A stretch of 63,864 nucleotides of DNA, filler included, from Atractiella rhizophila (Eukaryota), in assembly GCA_021432655.1 (NCBI GenBank). It is 4 parts of 4 records of this genome, joined end to end, with 100 filler letters (N's around TTAATTAATTAA, not from the genome) between each part and the next. Parts side by side here need not be neighbours in the genome. Positions count along the whole stretch, not along the records: positions 1 to 28,113 come from MU271737.1; 3 more parts are not named here. The stretch is one strand, 5' to 3'. Position numbers and translations under genes: made by a program. The notes under the pieces were generated by a model, which saw only the letters and a list, made by a program, of their open reading frames with translations, made no database searches and was not told where the DNA came from. Below are positions 1 through 14,000 of this stretch, one piece after another (within the stretch, counting starts at the first letter, position 1; the number at the start of each line of letters is the position of its first letter).

Positions 1-611
1 AGGGTGTTGTTGCGGTTGAGCGGGGTATGGAGGTCGATTTTGCGGCGGCATCATGTTCATTCTTGGTGTAGGTGGCGGATTCGCATGAGCGGGTGAATTG
101 CTGTGGAAGGTCGGGGACGATTGCGGTACGTTGGCGTTCTGATTTGCTTGGGCTTGCGCCTGTGCCTGAGCCTGAGCTGAAGCATATAGCTGCTGAGCCC
201 GAGCTTGATTGAGTTGGCCGTATGCCCTTTGTTTCTGGGCTTCGGAGAGCATGCCCTGGTTTGTATTCGGTCCGAGAGTCAAGTGAGGGGGATGTGGATG
301 CGGGTGCGGGTGGGCTCTTGCTGGACCTGGATACTGCTGGTGTTGCCCATAACCTTGCGGCGGGGCTACGGGGTATGTAGGAATCGAGCTTGGGGGTATT
401 CCCAACGCTTGCTGGGCGGAGCCGTGAGGAGAGTGAGCATAGGGGTTCATCGGATTTGATGGCGTTGGCCCTGAGTGTGGATGAAGAGCTGGTGGCGGGT
501 GGGAAACGTTGGGAAGAGGTTGTGCCATCATGAGGGCAGGCTGATCAGGGTCGTCAGGAGAGGCGAATGCCGTGTATTGACGAGTTTGGGAGGAGATAGA
601 TCGGGAGGAAC
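1..611 (-). CDS. Exon of an unidentified Pro/Gln/His-rich low-complexity protein, running off the window start
   Basis: Minus-strand frame is open from a cag acceptor near 612 to base 1 (SSRSISSQTRQYTAF...MMAQPLPNVSHPPP...AQAQAQAQANQ...). It is absent from the ORF track because it has no stop in the window. Confidence 0.6.
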
Positions 612-1831
612 CTGTAGTCGGGCAAAAGAACCGTAAGAAATGAGATGTAGAGATAAAGATTTAGTTATTGAAGCCGTGGTGAACAGAACAACGCAAATTG
701 CAAGCAACAATATTTGCACTTCACTGGACATGCGTCGCTCGGAAGTTTAGATACTTTTATTCCACCAAATCACCTCAAATGCCGTTCCACCCTTCTATTT
801 CTACGATAAGGCAAGTTGATAGAGAACAAAATGAAGCGGGGTTCATTTGTGGCGATTTCAAATTAGTCCAACAAAGTACTCCAAGCAACCGCAAACAATG
901 CCTCACATCAGACGATAAGCATTCAATTTATAAGCCAATCAAAATATCAACCCGACATGCATGACAGGAGATTGAATAATGAGAGAAAGCACAACGTGGA
1001 TTCGACACAGGCAACTTCCCGGAGAAGTTAACGTCCACTTCTAAGCAAAAGACAATTCGCAACACATGTTAGTCGTAATTGCGTGCTTAGAACCGCACTC
1101 CAAAGGAGAGAAAAGCTGGGACTTGAACGTCCTTAAAGTGTAACGAGCGCACGTAATCTGAACTGAATTTGTGAAAAAGTCGCGAGGATGGCAGTAGGAG
1201 TTACGGTTCGAGGTGACAGAGCTTAATGACTCTGGCGCCTCGTCACCTCTCAAGAATGGCCAAATATGATGGACCAATGAATAGAAGTCCAGAAAATGTG
1301 ACTTGATTCACGAGCGGAACAGCGCAGACGGTCACAACGACATGCCCCCACACTCCCGGCAATCCCTATCACACAAAATGCTCACCCAGTTCCTCTCTCC
1401 ACTTGTTGGTGCCTCTATCTTCGAATCAATTTCTTGACAGTGGTACAACACTTCCTAGTCCCTGAATCCGGCACTCGACTGCTTGGTGGTAAATCAAGGC
1501 GAATCAAACTCTTTGTTCTCCGTTAAGACCACGTGCGTCAGAAAAATTCGTTCTAGGTGACTTGTGAGGGAACCTTCTGGGCGGTGAGGATATCGAAGCG
1601 TGCGACGTGCTGCTAAAGGGTGTTGGAGGCTTTGGGATGCAGGCGCGGATCGACTGGCGGATCTGGGCAAGAGAATGAAAGCAGTCTGCCGAAGTTTGAG
1701 TTTCATTAGTGCTTTCCTGTCTTGGACATTCTAGCATCACGTGACCAATTTGAGAAGTGTTCCCGAAAGAAAGAATATTGATCGAATTCCAGTGATTTCG
1801 GCTCTAGAACGTCTCATATTATTGGCTGGAA

Positions 1832-2992
1832 ATGTCTGTCAACTTCTTTTCCAAAGACCCCCTCGATCTCTCGGCCATACGCGCCACGCTCATCCGCCTC
1901 GAGGACACTATTATCTTTTCCCTTATCGAAAGAGCACAGTTCTCTCATAACCCAAACATGTACAAGCCCACGAGAGAAATCCCACAGTTCAAAGATATGG
2001 ATTTTGACGGGACCTGGTTGGACTGGTTTCTCGCAGAGACAGAGGCAGTCCATGGTGCGTTCCCACATTCGTTGAGCTCGAAAGCAGGGGCTGATCACCA
2101 CCGTATTTGAAACAGCCAAGTGTAGACGGTATGAGAGGTATGCAAAATTATATCTATTGTTTAAAATATCATGCGAATGCATTATTCAGCCCGGACGAAC
2201 ACCCCTTCACGAGCGCTCCAAGCTCCCACACGCGATCCTTCCAGCCATCAACTATCCCACGGTCTTGCATCCTCAAGCTTCAGAACACGTCAACGTGAAT
2301 GGAGAGATCACAAAGTTCTACATCGATCGCATCGTACCTAACATCACGAAGGAAGCCACTGAAGCCCTCGGTGGTGGTTCAGATGATGATGGTGCGGCTG
2401 CCCTTTCCTGGAGTTGCAAGTGTTCAAGTATTATTAAATCAACTTAGGGAACTATGGGAGCGCTGTTACGAGAGACATTGAATGTTTGCAGGCTTTAAGT
2501 CGGAGGATCCACTTCGGTTCGTCCTCTTCAACGAGCTCTGAAAGCAGCTGATAACCTGCGATACAGGCATGTTCGTCTCAGAATCCAAATTTCGAGACAA
2601 GCCCTCCGACTTCATCCCGCACATCGAACTTGCGAAGATATCTTCACCATCATCAGAAGAATATAAAGCAAGTTACTCTGCACTCGATAACCTCATCTAT
2701 AAGCCAGCAGTCGAGGCTGCTCTGCTGAAGCGATTGGCTAAGAAGGCACGGATATATGGGAGCGATTTGAATACAGAGAGTGGGAGTGCGGAGGAAGCGG
2801 CGCTGAAGGTTGATGTTGAGGAAGTGGTTGGGTTATACAAGGATTGGGTCATTCCATTGACAAAGAAAGTCGAGGTTAGCCTTCTTCATCTTCCTTGACG
2901 CTCTCAAGACCGTTTGGGTACAGGTTGATTATCTCCTGAGACGGCTAGAAGGGTTGTCCGCAGAAGAGATCGAAAAACTGCGAAGTATGTAA
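1832..2992 (+). CDS. ARO7: Chorismate mutase, AroQ eukaryotic type (multi-exon)
   Basis: Motifs [56 protein letters not shown] and [18 protein letters not shown] are spread over exons with GT-AG introns. Stop TAA at 2990-2992. Confidence 0.95.
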
Positions 2993-3749
2993 AACAACAA
3001 CGGATGCAGCGGTACAATGCCTGTCTTTAACATTGCGAAGTCGATTGCCCAAATGGTTCCACAATTAATGGTTTGTGACGTGACATCCCGCAACACGCGG
3101 GACTGATAACCATATATGGCTTTGGCTGCCGAGCCTTCAATAGGCGCTTGGGAAGTTCTTATGCAGACAAGCTTTCTTCATATTTCTTCTTGTTATCTAC
3201 GAGTCAGCATCTCGTAGCGGAAGCTACAGTGATGAATATTCGATAATTTTTGACAATAATGTGGTGTGCTAACAAACAATCACCATAAGAACGTCCGAGA
3301 AGGGGTATTTCGAACTTCAGCAAGGCGTCTCGGGCTGTTGACAAAATAATTTTTTCGTTCTCATTATATCGTCTACCCTGCTAAGAAGATGGGAAAGACG
3401 ACTTTCAAATTCTTCTCTTCGTAACTATGTTGCCTTTGCACTGGCCGATCGTCATGCTGTCCGTTTCCATGCTCTATGGAGTGAGTAGCGGATTGGGCTG
3501 CTTTGTGGACGATGTCCATTAAGGACTAAACCTTCGTGACAGATAAGTTCGACAACACGATTTATATACTGCTTCACCATAAGGCAATGTCAGGCGACTC
3601 TGATTGTATCATTCATAATAATCTGGGCGTTGATGAGGAATGTAGAAAACGCTTGAGGCAGTTAAATAATTGTAGAGTGTTGACGAACGCCATATCCTTC
3701 CGAACCATGTAAAACGACGATCGACTTGAACTTGAACGAGATGTGGAGG

Positions 3750-5998
3750 TCAGCCCATATTCCATCGCCTTACTCCAGGCCTCCTCCGATCTCTTTTCTC
3801 GCCCTCCCTCCAACTATCCGATTCATCCGGAACGTCCCAATTCCACGCCTTGCCCTTTCCTCCTCTGAGTTCTACAACATTCTTTAATTCCTTCTCCTTG
3901 CCTTTACCTACCATGACAAAAGCTCTATCCTCAGTCGCAGCCCAGAACACTCCAAGACCTTTCATCTGCCCTTCTGTATCGCACAGCGCAACCACAGTCC
4001 CCAGAATCGCAGCGAGTTTGTCATTCTCTGGGAGTTCTGCAGAGGTCATGGTGACAAGCCGTAGATTCCGGAGGGGCAAGGAGTAAATATGCGATTTTGG
4101 CCGAAAGTGTGCGTAAAGCGCAAGAGAACGGAGAAGTGGAGGCGGCCAACGAGGGGAAAGTGGCGAGGGGAGCAAGCTGTGGAGTTCCTTTGTAGTTGTG
4201 GAGGATGGAGGACGCGATGAGGTGGGACAATCAAGTTCCCATGGTTCGAGAAATCTGCCTCTGACAGTAGGACGAACAAGGTCGTCTATAAATCGAACCA
4301 AATCACCACCCAGACCTTTATTCCACCCATGTGTATTGACGACAAGAGGGACAAAATCCTTTCTTTTTTTCGTCAAGGGTGTTTCAGTAACCGGCGTAGC
4401 AACGTCTTCCATCCAATGAGGTATTCGATTGTCCTCCTCTTCCGATGTTCCATACTGCACTTCTGCGACATACAGTTGAAAGCACTCCTCAATTGCTTTC
4501 TGGTAGGTGAGTGGAAAGTCAGATGGAGAGTGGGCACCCAGCCAGACCGCCTTTCTGATCTGCCATCCATCGAAGTCCGTCCATGACGGGCCTATGCACG
4601 GGTTGGGTAAGTGGATTTCAACCGGGCGTGAATGCTGTGGACGGACCAATGACGGGTGTGGATCTTACTGCCAGACTCACACAACCTCCTCCGGCTCCTA
4701 TTTCTCCTTGCCCCAAGTCAGTCTCGAGCCAAGCCACGCGTTCATAGCTTCCAAATCTGAAAGTCAATACCCCACTTCCCAAAAAGTTCGACACACTAAC
4801 CGAGTCAACAAGGTGTTCACGGCCTCACGATTGAAAGTGCTCTTTCCTACTCGCCTCGCACCAGTAATGAAGACAGTGAGTCGGTCGTCCTTCTCTTCCA
4901 TATCGTTTAGGCAGGAGGTCCACGATTCGTGCTGAGATGCAGGAATAATAGGAGGGTGAGGAGGAAAAGACACGCCTGATACCTACCCCAGGATTAGTCA
5001 CAGAAAGCAAGTAGTGAAATAGGCATTACAATTCCCCAGCAATGAGCGCGAGAGGATAGAGCGATAAACTGCTCCTCGAGGAATGCAGGCAGAGGCCAAA
5101 TACCCCCCCGGCGTTGTAGGGATTCCTCCAGATATTCCAAGGCATTGCCGGAGTCTTTGAGGGATATGATGCAGGCGAACGTGCCTTGTAAGTTCGAATG
5201 TGTGAATGCCTCAAGGTCATATTCGCTTCCTTTAGGATGTGCAAGGACGGGAAGTGGGCTGTTCAGCGGTGCGGCTATTTGGAACGTCTCCGCGGTATTT
5301 GAGAGCTTTGGATTGGAGGAGTAGCAATTGATTTTGAGCGTGCCCGATAAGACAGATATTTCTAGATTGCCGCAGACCACGAGAGACTAAGTAGCGGTTG
5401 AGTTTCACTAGTCAATAATGGTGAAGAACTTTACTTCAGCAGGCTTCAATCCAATGAGAACTACTTCTTCCTCTTCTACATTAAGCCGTGAGAAGTTCAC
5501 TCCATCTTCTGGCTGCCATTTCGAAAACTCGTACTGCGCAGGCGGTGGAGGAGAAATTGGGCGACGGGCAACAGAAAAGGCATCATCCATTGATCTAGCA
5601 TCATCAAGAGCAGACGGTGGTCTTGAAGGTTGTAGTTGTTGGGAATTGGGTATAACTGTCGGAGCGTAATATCTCCCCTTCTTCAGATCCTTCTTTCGAC
5701 GCTGTCGCTTTGGAGATCTCGTTACTAAGGTTGCCGTGAGTTCAGCATCTTGTCTATCAGGCGTTTCAACCTCATCATTCTCTGAAGATGAGGAAGAGTC
5801 AGAGGATGGTACTGATCGTTGGGGGGAGCGAGATACAGTCGGTGATGCAAACGAGAGGGACTGAGAAATGTCTTCTTGTTGTTGCAATTTTCGGAACGCT
5901 AAAGCAGACATCGGAACTGATGATTGGCTGGGGATGACTGGTTGGGAGGCTGGTGGAGCGGAAGGGGGTGAATCGTGGTGTAATTTTCGCTTCTTCAT
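3750..5998 (-). CDS. GRC3: Polynucleotide 5'-hydroxyl kinase Grc3/NOL9 (Clp1 family), multi-exon
   Basis: Basic/Ser-rich N-terminus, Walker A-like ITGARRVGKSTF, DLGQGE motif and PLVVNTHGWNKGLG, all typical of Grc3/Nol9. Confidence 0.85.
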
Positions 5999-6796
5999 TT
6001 TTAGAGGCTAAATATTCCACTGTGAGTAAGGATATCGACTGCGAGCTGGCTTTTGGCTCAAGGAGAAGTCAGGGTTTGAATGGCTTGGGAACTAAGAATT
6101 GTCCAGACGAACACGCTTCGCATAACTGAAACTTGAATTCATCTTGCCAGCTTGCGGCGCGCTTTGCCTTATTTCCAACTCCTTCTTTCAGTCCCAGTCA
6201 TCTTTTTCAGGTTACATAAAATCTCAAACAGTCTACCAATACTCATCTCCTTTCAATCAGGTTGTAAGTGCGAGCTCTAAGAAAAGAAAATGCACAATAG
6301 GCTGTGCGTGAGCTTTGATTTATAGCTTTGCAGGATCTCAGACATCAGCCATGGCATTGACATCGATATGAAGGTCTATCAATATGGATGTTAAGCGTGA
6401 AAAGCGATGGAACAGAGGCATTTTAGTTACCATGGAACGTGGCTGTACAGAGCTTCAAAAACCATCTAAGGTGTTCACATTAAATGTGGAATTGCTGAAG
6501 ATGTTGTGCCATAACGCATCTCAAGCAATGCTCTATAACAAGAATATCGAGAAAAACAACTTCAAATTGAAACACGCCTAAGATAATCAAAAGGAAGAAC
6601 TCACTCCCTGTACCAAGCAATAGATATTCTCTCACACAAATAGCTCTCCTCTGCGCACTGTCAGCCAAAGATACACTGCGGACGGCACACACAAAAATCT
6701 TGTGAAACAAGGTTCGGGTCGTTCGATCGACACCAACCTATAGGCACTTCCTACCTGACAGTACTTTGAGGCTATTCAATGTACAGAGGACCATCC

Positions 6797-6884
6797 ACTT
6801 CTTTCATTGGTTGGTGCCAAAGAAACGAGGGACGAGCTAAACTTCTTTCATTGGTTGGTGCCAAAGAAACGAGGGACGAGCTAA
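6797..6884. repeat. Perfect 44-bp tandem duplication
   Basis: acttctttcattggttggtgccaaagaaacgagggacgagctaa occurs at 6797 and again at 6841. Confidence 0.95.
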
Positions 6885-6925
6885 AACTCAAGTTCGAGTT
6901 TTAAGAAGCCAGTAGTAGTAAATGG

Positions 6926-9651
6926 TCATGTAAATTCATTTGCCATTCGGATCTCGGCATTTTCCTCCAGCCACTCCATCCATTTCTTTAGATAATCGCT
7001 CCCTTTCGATACCGTTGAGGAATCCCCTACCACTGCAAGGTGTCTGTGCCATGTTCAGCTGAAGGAAGAGACAAGGTCCTGGTCTTACCGTTTGGCACGG
7101 GTCATAGCCACATTTAGGCGGCGCTTTTCTTTCAGAAAGCCTACTTCTCTCTAACGAGACTAGTTAGTTGTACCGACGCATTGAAAGAGAGCGTACTTCT
7201 GAGTTCGATCGCACAAGTGTGACGATGACTGCCTCCTTCTCCCGGCCTTGAAATCCGTCAATAGACCCAATTTCTAACTCTGGGTATCGTGATCTAAGGA
7301 GCGAAGACAGCAAAGCCACTTGAGCATTGTAAGGAGATATGATCGCAATTGCGGAAGGAGGAATTTTCGCTTCAATCTGTTTCCTGGTTGTGACGATGGC
7401 TGAGAATGAAGAGTATGCTCACCAAGGTCTCAACATGTGTGACGACCAACGAAGCTTCGTTTTCGTTGCTCTTCGAATCCGAATCGACAAGTAAATTTTT
7501 TTCATCCCCCTCTGACCGTTCATACATATCTGTACCTGCAGCTGTAGTCTCGTCAAGTTTGTTGATCCAGATGTCAGATAATGAAGGTAGGGACGTACTA
7601 TCGATGAAAAGAACAGGTTCACTCAGTGCCTCATCGTCTGAACCAGGTACAAGATCGCTCAACAATCGAAGTTTGACGCTCTCGTCACTGATGAGCTCGT
7701 TGTCGTACAGTACCTTTGAAGGGAAAGCGCAGATCTTTTCGTGCATCCGATACTGGACCTTTAGCATACGAGATATCGATTTTCCATGCCGTTTCAACAA
7801 ACGGTCAAACATCGTGATCTCCAACGAAGTTGAAAACGGCAGAGGATCCGTGGACTTTGAAGGAATCGACAATGATTTAGATCCCGTTTCCACCCCTTTC
7901 TTCAAATCGTCTTTCTTGCCTTTTATCTTCTTGTCCTTAACTGAGCCAGCGGCGGCTTTGGTCTTGACCTTCTTCTCTTCCAGTCTATCTCGAGACTTCA
8001 CAGTGGGCGGAAGTTGTAAATGGTCCCCCGCAAGAATAAGCTTCCTCCCTTTCAGAATGGGTATCCAACACGCAGGCTCGATTGCTTGTGCAGCTTCGTC
8101 GATAATGACCACGTCAAAGCTCTCGTTTTGGATTTGTCGACTTCCGGCACTGTAAATCCAAAATCAAGCTCAATTTTTCGCAGTTTTTTGAGGAGAACAG
8201 TACCCGTGGCAGGTGCACAACACAATCTTGGCTCCACCAATAATCTCCTTCGTTACTCCCGCTTCCCGTTTCCTATACCTATTGTCCAAAGCAGTAATGA
8301 ATAAGGAATATACAGGAATAAGCGAAAATTGACGTACTCTTTTCTCAAATCTCCAACCTGTTGCCATGCCTCCTTCCTAAACTTTCCTCGCAACTTTCCT
8401 CCCTTCAGCTCAGCCAAAGTCTTCTCAAGCTCATCTTTGACATCTTTCACTATTCTTTGCTTTTCTTTGTTAGCTGCCACATGTCTTCTTGGCGAGGAGG
8501 GGCGAAGACCTACTGGCCAGAGGAAGAGTTGGCTGTATTGTAGTCCAGAGTCGCCGTCAGGAGGGAGGGGAGAATGCGCGCGGGATGACCGAGACGGATG
8601 AGAGGTAGTTTGTGTGGTACGAGGCGTTCGAGCAAATTGTCTAGAAATACATACGGTCAATATGCTATTTGTCATGGTGAAACTAAGGGTGCTGCACCAA
8701 CTGAAAGGTTCGAGCCGCCGCATACCAAGACTCTCATCCCCTTCGCATTTTCTGTGGGGGAAGGAGCTGGCGGCGCGACGAGCTGCCTAATAATTTCCAC
8801 CAGGGTCTTTGTCTTTCCAGTCCCTTTGCCACCGTTCAGATTGCATTGTAGAAAAGTAACACGAAGTACCCGGTGGTCCATGAATTAGAGCCAGCTCGGG
8901 CTGGGCAAGAGCAAAGGCCACGGCTTCCTTCTGGCTGTCGTTCAATGTCGTATCTAAGAACTGGACTGGGGGTGGAGATTGTTGTGCTGGAGAGGGAGCA
9001 GAGAGGGAGAGGAGTACTGAGGTGAGTGAGGAAGGAGACGGTCTGGATGTCGTCTCTCCTGTTCCATCAACCCCCGCAAAAATGGATTGTAGCCGTTCCA
9101 GTGTCTTCACCATACGCGTGTGTACCACCGTATTCGCCAACTTGAGTCTGCGATTGATTTAATTTCAGCCTGACGCTCTCAACAAAAGAAGGCGGAGGCG
9201 GAACTCACATTCTGCATCTCTCTGGAAGATCTAATTCCTTTCCTCCCGTCCCCTTCTCTTCCACAACAACAGTAATCCTGCCCTCCTGCACCCTACTCAC
9301 AACACCCTCAGCTCTATACTCTAGTTTTCCCTTCCCTCCCTTCTCTTTCTCCTCCTTCATATCAGTCACCCCCGCCAGATCGCCAACCCTAAAACTGGTG
9401 CCCAACTCTCTGCTGGAGGCACCGACCGCGCTCTCGCGCTCGAATTCAATGACAGTCTTTCCTCCAAGTCCAACGGAGAGTGACGAGACGGAGAGGTTGT
9501 TGAGTGCGAGACCGGCGCGTTCTAGTTCGCGCGCGGAGACGGAGGTGTGAAGGAGAGCCATCTCTGCGTTGTCGATCGAGTGCTCCTCTTCGAGGAGAGA
9601 TAGAAGGTGGGCGAGGAAGGCGGAACAGGAAGAAGGCGTGGAGAAAGACAT
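6926..9651 (-). CDS. HCS1: SF1 Upf1-like helicase, Hcs1/IGHMBP2 (SMUBP-2) type, multi-exon
   Basis: [71 protein letters not shown] and RLNVAMTRA motifs. Confidence 0.92.
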
Positions 9652-11025
9652 GGTAGTCTATTTGTGCGTAGATAAGGTCTGCATTGAGAGGTGATCAGTC
9701 GTGACTCTGTGGAGTTTTTGGAGGAGTTGTGATGGTGCGAACAACAAGCAATGCAGATCCCGCCACATCTTCAGTTCTTAATCACAACACACCTCCAGCA
9801 TATGAAAATTAACACAATAGACCTGTTATGCACACTCAAGACCCATCAACTAGAATCGTAGACTAGTGATTGACTTTGTGATATATAAATTCATGTTATG
9901 CGCAACTGAAGTGATCCAATCCAAATTGAAGAGTCCAACTAGCCCGAGGCACAATCTGAGACCAGATTTTAGGGCAAAAGTGCACAAGGGGGGATTTGCA
10001 TAAGTGGCCCTATCGCTCAGATGCAAAATACTTCAACACATAATGCATTCGGCAGGATGGAGAAAATGGGGAAGTGAAAGTCAGCCTAAGTGCTCCTGCA
10101 AATACCAGAAAATTAGTTCTGTGTGTCCATGGTATTTTCCGCTGTGTGACTACGTATATACGGAAGAGCAAGAACTTGAGTGTAGTAAATGGAACATATT
10201 TAATCCTCCTGTTTAAACAGATCAAAGAGGAAGGCATAAACACGAGGATTGCAAAGTCTGATTCTTGTAGGTGCCGACTCTGGCTCTCGAACCATTGGAA
10301 TATATACTCGCGGTTTGGAACAACGGGGTAGGATCTCAAAAACGTGAAGTCCACTGAAGAACGGCAATGACAACCGAGTCCTAAGTGCTGCTGGACCCCT
10401 TCTCCAGTAGGGTCTCCCACGACCTGATGATTACTCGTTTATATATCCTTCTAGCATGGCAATTCTGATGCTCTGAGCTCTGAGGATCCAGGCAGAAAGA
10501 GTCTGAAAGTCGTAGAACAACGACATGGCTGCCAGCTCAGATGTTGCAGGTCGAGCAAAGATGAATGAAGTAAGTTGGTACCGTGATATCATGATTCAAT
10601 CTGGCACTCTCAGGGAAGCTATCTAGCCCAAGAAGTTCTCGTCTCTTGTACTACTGGACGAATGATTGGGAGAATCGATGTCAGCGACAACAACCTGGCC
10701 GCTCACCTCGTTGCAGTTGTTTCTCCCTATGAGGTTAAGCTCACCGACGAGCGTTAAACTGGTTTTCCCTATTCCCTGCCTTTCTCTGGTTCCCTCGATC
10801 TCAAACGATGAATGATCGACTGAATGTAGAACTAAACCAATACTAAGCATGCGGAGCTGACCGAACTGTAGTGACTAGAGCGATAAGTCTACCACCTGGT
10901 TTGCTCTGCGACTTTGCGAGTCCCCAGCCAGCTTGAGACTCAGCAGCCAGCACAACAACTCCAGCAGCGCTCAGCCCGGCGCTCAGCCACAGCACTCATT
11001 AACACCTAACACTCACTACGCCACC

Positions 11026-14000
11026 ATGGCACACTACCTCCAGGACGATCCCTACTCAAGCACCGAGCACAATCCCCTCACACACCGTCGGCCGACGAAC
11101 TACTCCAACGCATCCTTCTCCAAGTCCGACGAGGCAGGCATCTACTACGACCCCAGGGACCCCAACTACGACAACTCCGATGCGAGGTCCTATCGCAGCT
11201 ACAACTCCACCGCGCCCCTCAATCGCAACCAAGGCTATCCGCCTTCGTCTAACGGACACGGAGGATACGGAGGCGGATACGCTGCTGGATATCCGCCTTA
11301 CTCTCCTCCCATGCAGTCGCAATACGTCCCTCCGTCCGGAGTTCCCGTCTCCCTCCAACGCAACAAGACCACCACCACCCGCGGCAACTTTGTCGTCTCC
11401 TGTCCCGTCCCGGACAGCTTGAAACATATGATATCTAACGAAGTGAAGGGGATGGGAGTGAGGGAGGAAGAGGTGTACAAGATGCGGTATAGTGCGGTCA
11501 CGTGTGATCCCGACGAGTTTAAGAATAAGGGATTCACTTTGAGAGGGAGCGAGTGGGGTAGAGAGTGCGAGCTCCTCGTCGTGGGTACCATGTACAATGA
11601 GGATGGTGAGCTTTTTGCTTTTTGGATGTGTGGATGTGTCGATCTGTGGGAAGAGGTGCAGCTGCTCTATTTTCGGCTGATCTTCTGGTTGCTGCTATGT
11701 CAAATCCGCTAGCATGCCTCCCATGCATATGCTAGAAAATGCTGCGCTGTGACATGTCATCCAATGTCAATGTCATCTGTTCCTATGTACACGATTCTGT
11801 GTCTAGGGGACAAATACAAGAGAATTAATTACATGATTAGAGATATTGTTGTTGTGGAGAACTTATCAAAAATGAAGAGAGGGAGGACACATTCTTCGTC
11901 GCATACAACGAATGGAAGTGCTCCTACACCAATGGCAATTACGACATGTCTTCATTTATTGCGGCAAGGATCTTTGATCATTTGCTCCATCATCGCTGTC
12001 CTACTTCCTGATCCTCGCTGGTCATCATGCTAATATTGCCAACCAACACAGAGGTCCTCTTCTGCCGCACGTTCAACTCGATCGTCAAAAACGCCGCACA
12101 CCTCGCCTCCCGAACCAAATCCAAGACCTGGGGCACATCCAGCACTCCCGCCTGGCAAAAGATGACGGTGGTCATCGTCTCCGACGGTCGCTCCAAAGTG
12201 AACCAACGAACATTGAAGGTCCTCGGTCTGTTGGGAGTATACCAAGAAGGGGTGGCGAAGGATACGATCGCGGGAAAGGACGTGCAGGCTCATGTTTTCG
12301 AATATACCACCACCGTCACCGTCTCCCCTGAAGGCGATGTCAAGCCTTCGGGTATCCCGGTACAGGTCATCTTTTGTTTGAAGGAGCAGAATAAGAAGAA
12401 GTTGAACTCCCATCGTTGGTTCTTTAATGCTTTTGCTAATACTCTGAAGCCGAACGTTTGCGTTTTGATCGAGTGCGTCTTTTCTTCTTGTGTTCGTATT
12501 TTTTGGAGGTATGGCTGATGGATGACGGGAAGTGTGGGCACGAAGCCGTCTGGGACGTCTATTTATCATCTTTGGAAGGCTTTCGATAAGGATAAAGAGA
12601 TTGGAGGTGCCTGCGGAGAAATATGCGTAGACACAGGGCGGGGATGTGGTGGTCTCCTCAATCCATTGGTCGCCGCTCAGAACTTCGAGTACAAAATGTC
12701 GAGTGCGTCTCTCTCATGATCCCACCTTCCACTTCTCCAAGATTTTAATTTCTGACGGATAGATATCCTCGATAAGCCCCTCGAATCAGTCTTCGGTTAC
12801 ATTTCCGTATTGCCTGGTGCTTTCTCGGCCTATCGATATCGCGCTCTCCTCAACGATTCCAGAGGCGAAGGTCCTCTGGCTACTTATTTTAGGGGAGAGA
12901 AGTTCCATGAGCCGGGGTTCACAGCTGGCATCTTTGAGTCCAATATGTACCTCGCCGAAGATCGTGTCCTGTGTTTCGTGCGTCTCTTTCTTGCTCAGAT
13001 AGTAGACTTTGGCTGAGAGAAAGGAATCAGGAAATCGTGACGAAGAAACATGAGGCGTGGAAACTCAAAGTAGGTTTTTGCAGCTTCCTATGCCTCCTAT
13101 GCTCAACAGTACGCTGTACAGTATGTCAAGAGCGCCAAAGCGAGCACAGACGTGCCTGAAAAAGGTTCGTCTTCTCTCTTTGTTCACAAAGATGGTTGAA
13201 TTGATGAGGAAGGAAGTTCCTGAGTTTATCTCTCAGCGACGACGATGGCTCAACGGATCTTTCTTCGCCGGTGTCTATGCCGTCGCTCTCTTTTATCGCA
13301 TTTGGTCTTCTGGACAAAGCTTCTTCCGGAAAATTTGGCTCCAGATCGAATTCGCATACATCGCTTTCACGTGAGTTCCCTCGCCCTTTGTTCTCCTTCG
13401 ACGGAAGAACGACTGAGACATTCAACAGCATACTGTTCACCTGGATCGCACCTGCGTAATATTTCTTCACCTGGTCTTAGTCCTCCGAGTCTAAATGTTG
13501 CGGAACAGTAACTTCTACCTCGCCTTCTTCTTCCTTACCGATTCTGCAACCTCTGACCCGAATAACGATCCGTTTGGTGGATCGGGAGCTGATGTCTTGC
13601 AAATCCTGACCAGCATTTACATCGGCCTCCTCTTCGTCATTCTTGGTATGCCTTCACACCCATTGTTTAACTCTTGGTGTTAAGTTGGCCGTTTTACAGT
13701 TTGCGCTCTCGGGAATCGCCCGCAGGGCTCGAATCTCGCCTATACAGGAGTCATATTTTGTTTCGCAAGTAAGTCTAGTCTTGCCGTTGGATTATGGCCA
13801 ATGCTAAACTCTTGTGCTCAGTCATTTTCGGTATCACCCTCTATTGTGCTGCGTGGACCCTGTGCGCTCCCTCTCCTTCATTGCGTCGTCATGTCTGCTG
13901 ATGTTTGTTGAACTAGCTATGTTGCTCTGCCGCACAACTTCGCGGATTGGAAGGACTTCAACAAACTCCTCGAGGACAGCGCTATACGTAACATTCTCAT

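Noticed and set aside
995..1040. tRNA-like stem-loop (gtgga...aacttcccggagaagtt...tccac)
   Set aside because: No cloverleaf or A/B-box spacing; short hairpins arise by chance.
6797..6884. CRISPR-like repeat
   Set aside because: Two adjacent copies with no spacers, in a eukaryotic context.
7406..8155. 249-aa plus-strand ORF
   Set aside because: Antisense shadow of the HCS1 helicase exon, Ser/Phe-rich with no motif.
9700..10900. Short ORFs between HCS1 and the chitin synthase
   Set aside because: No recognisable motifs or consistent exon structure. It may be decayed TE sequence but this cannot be supported.
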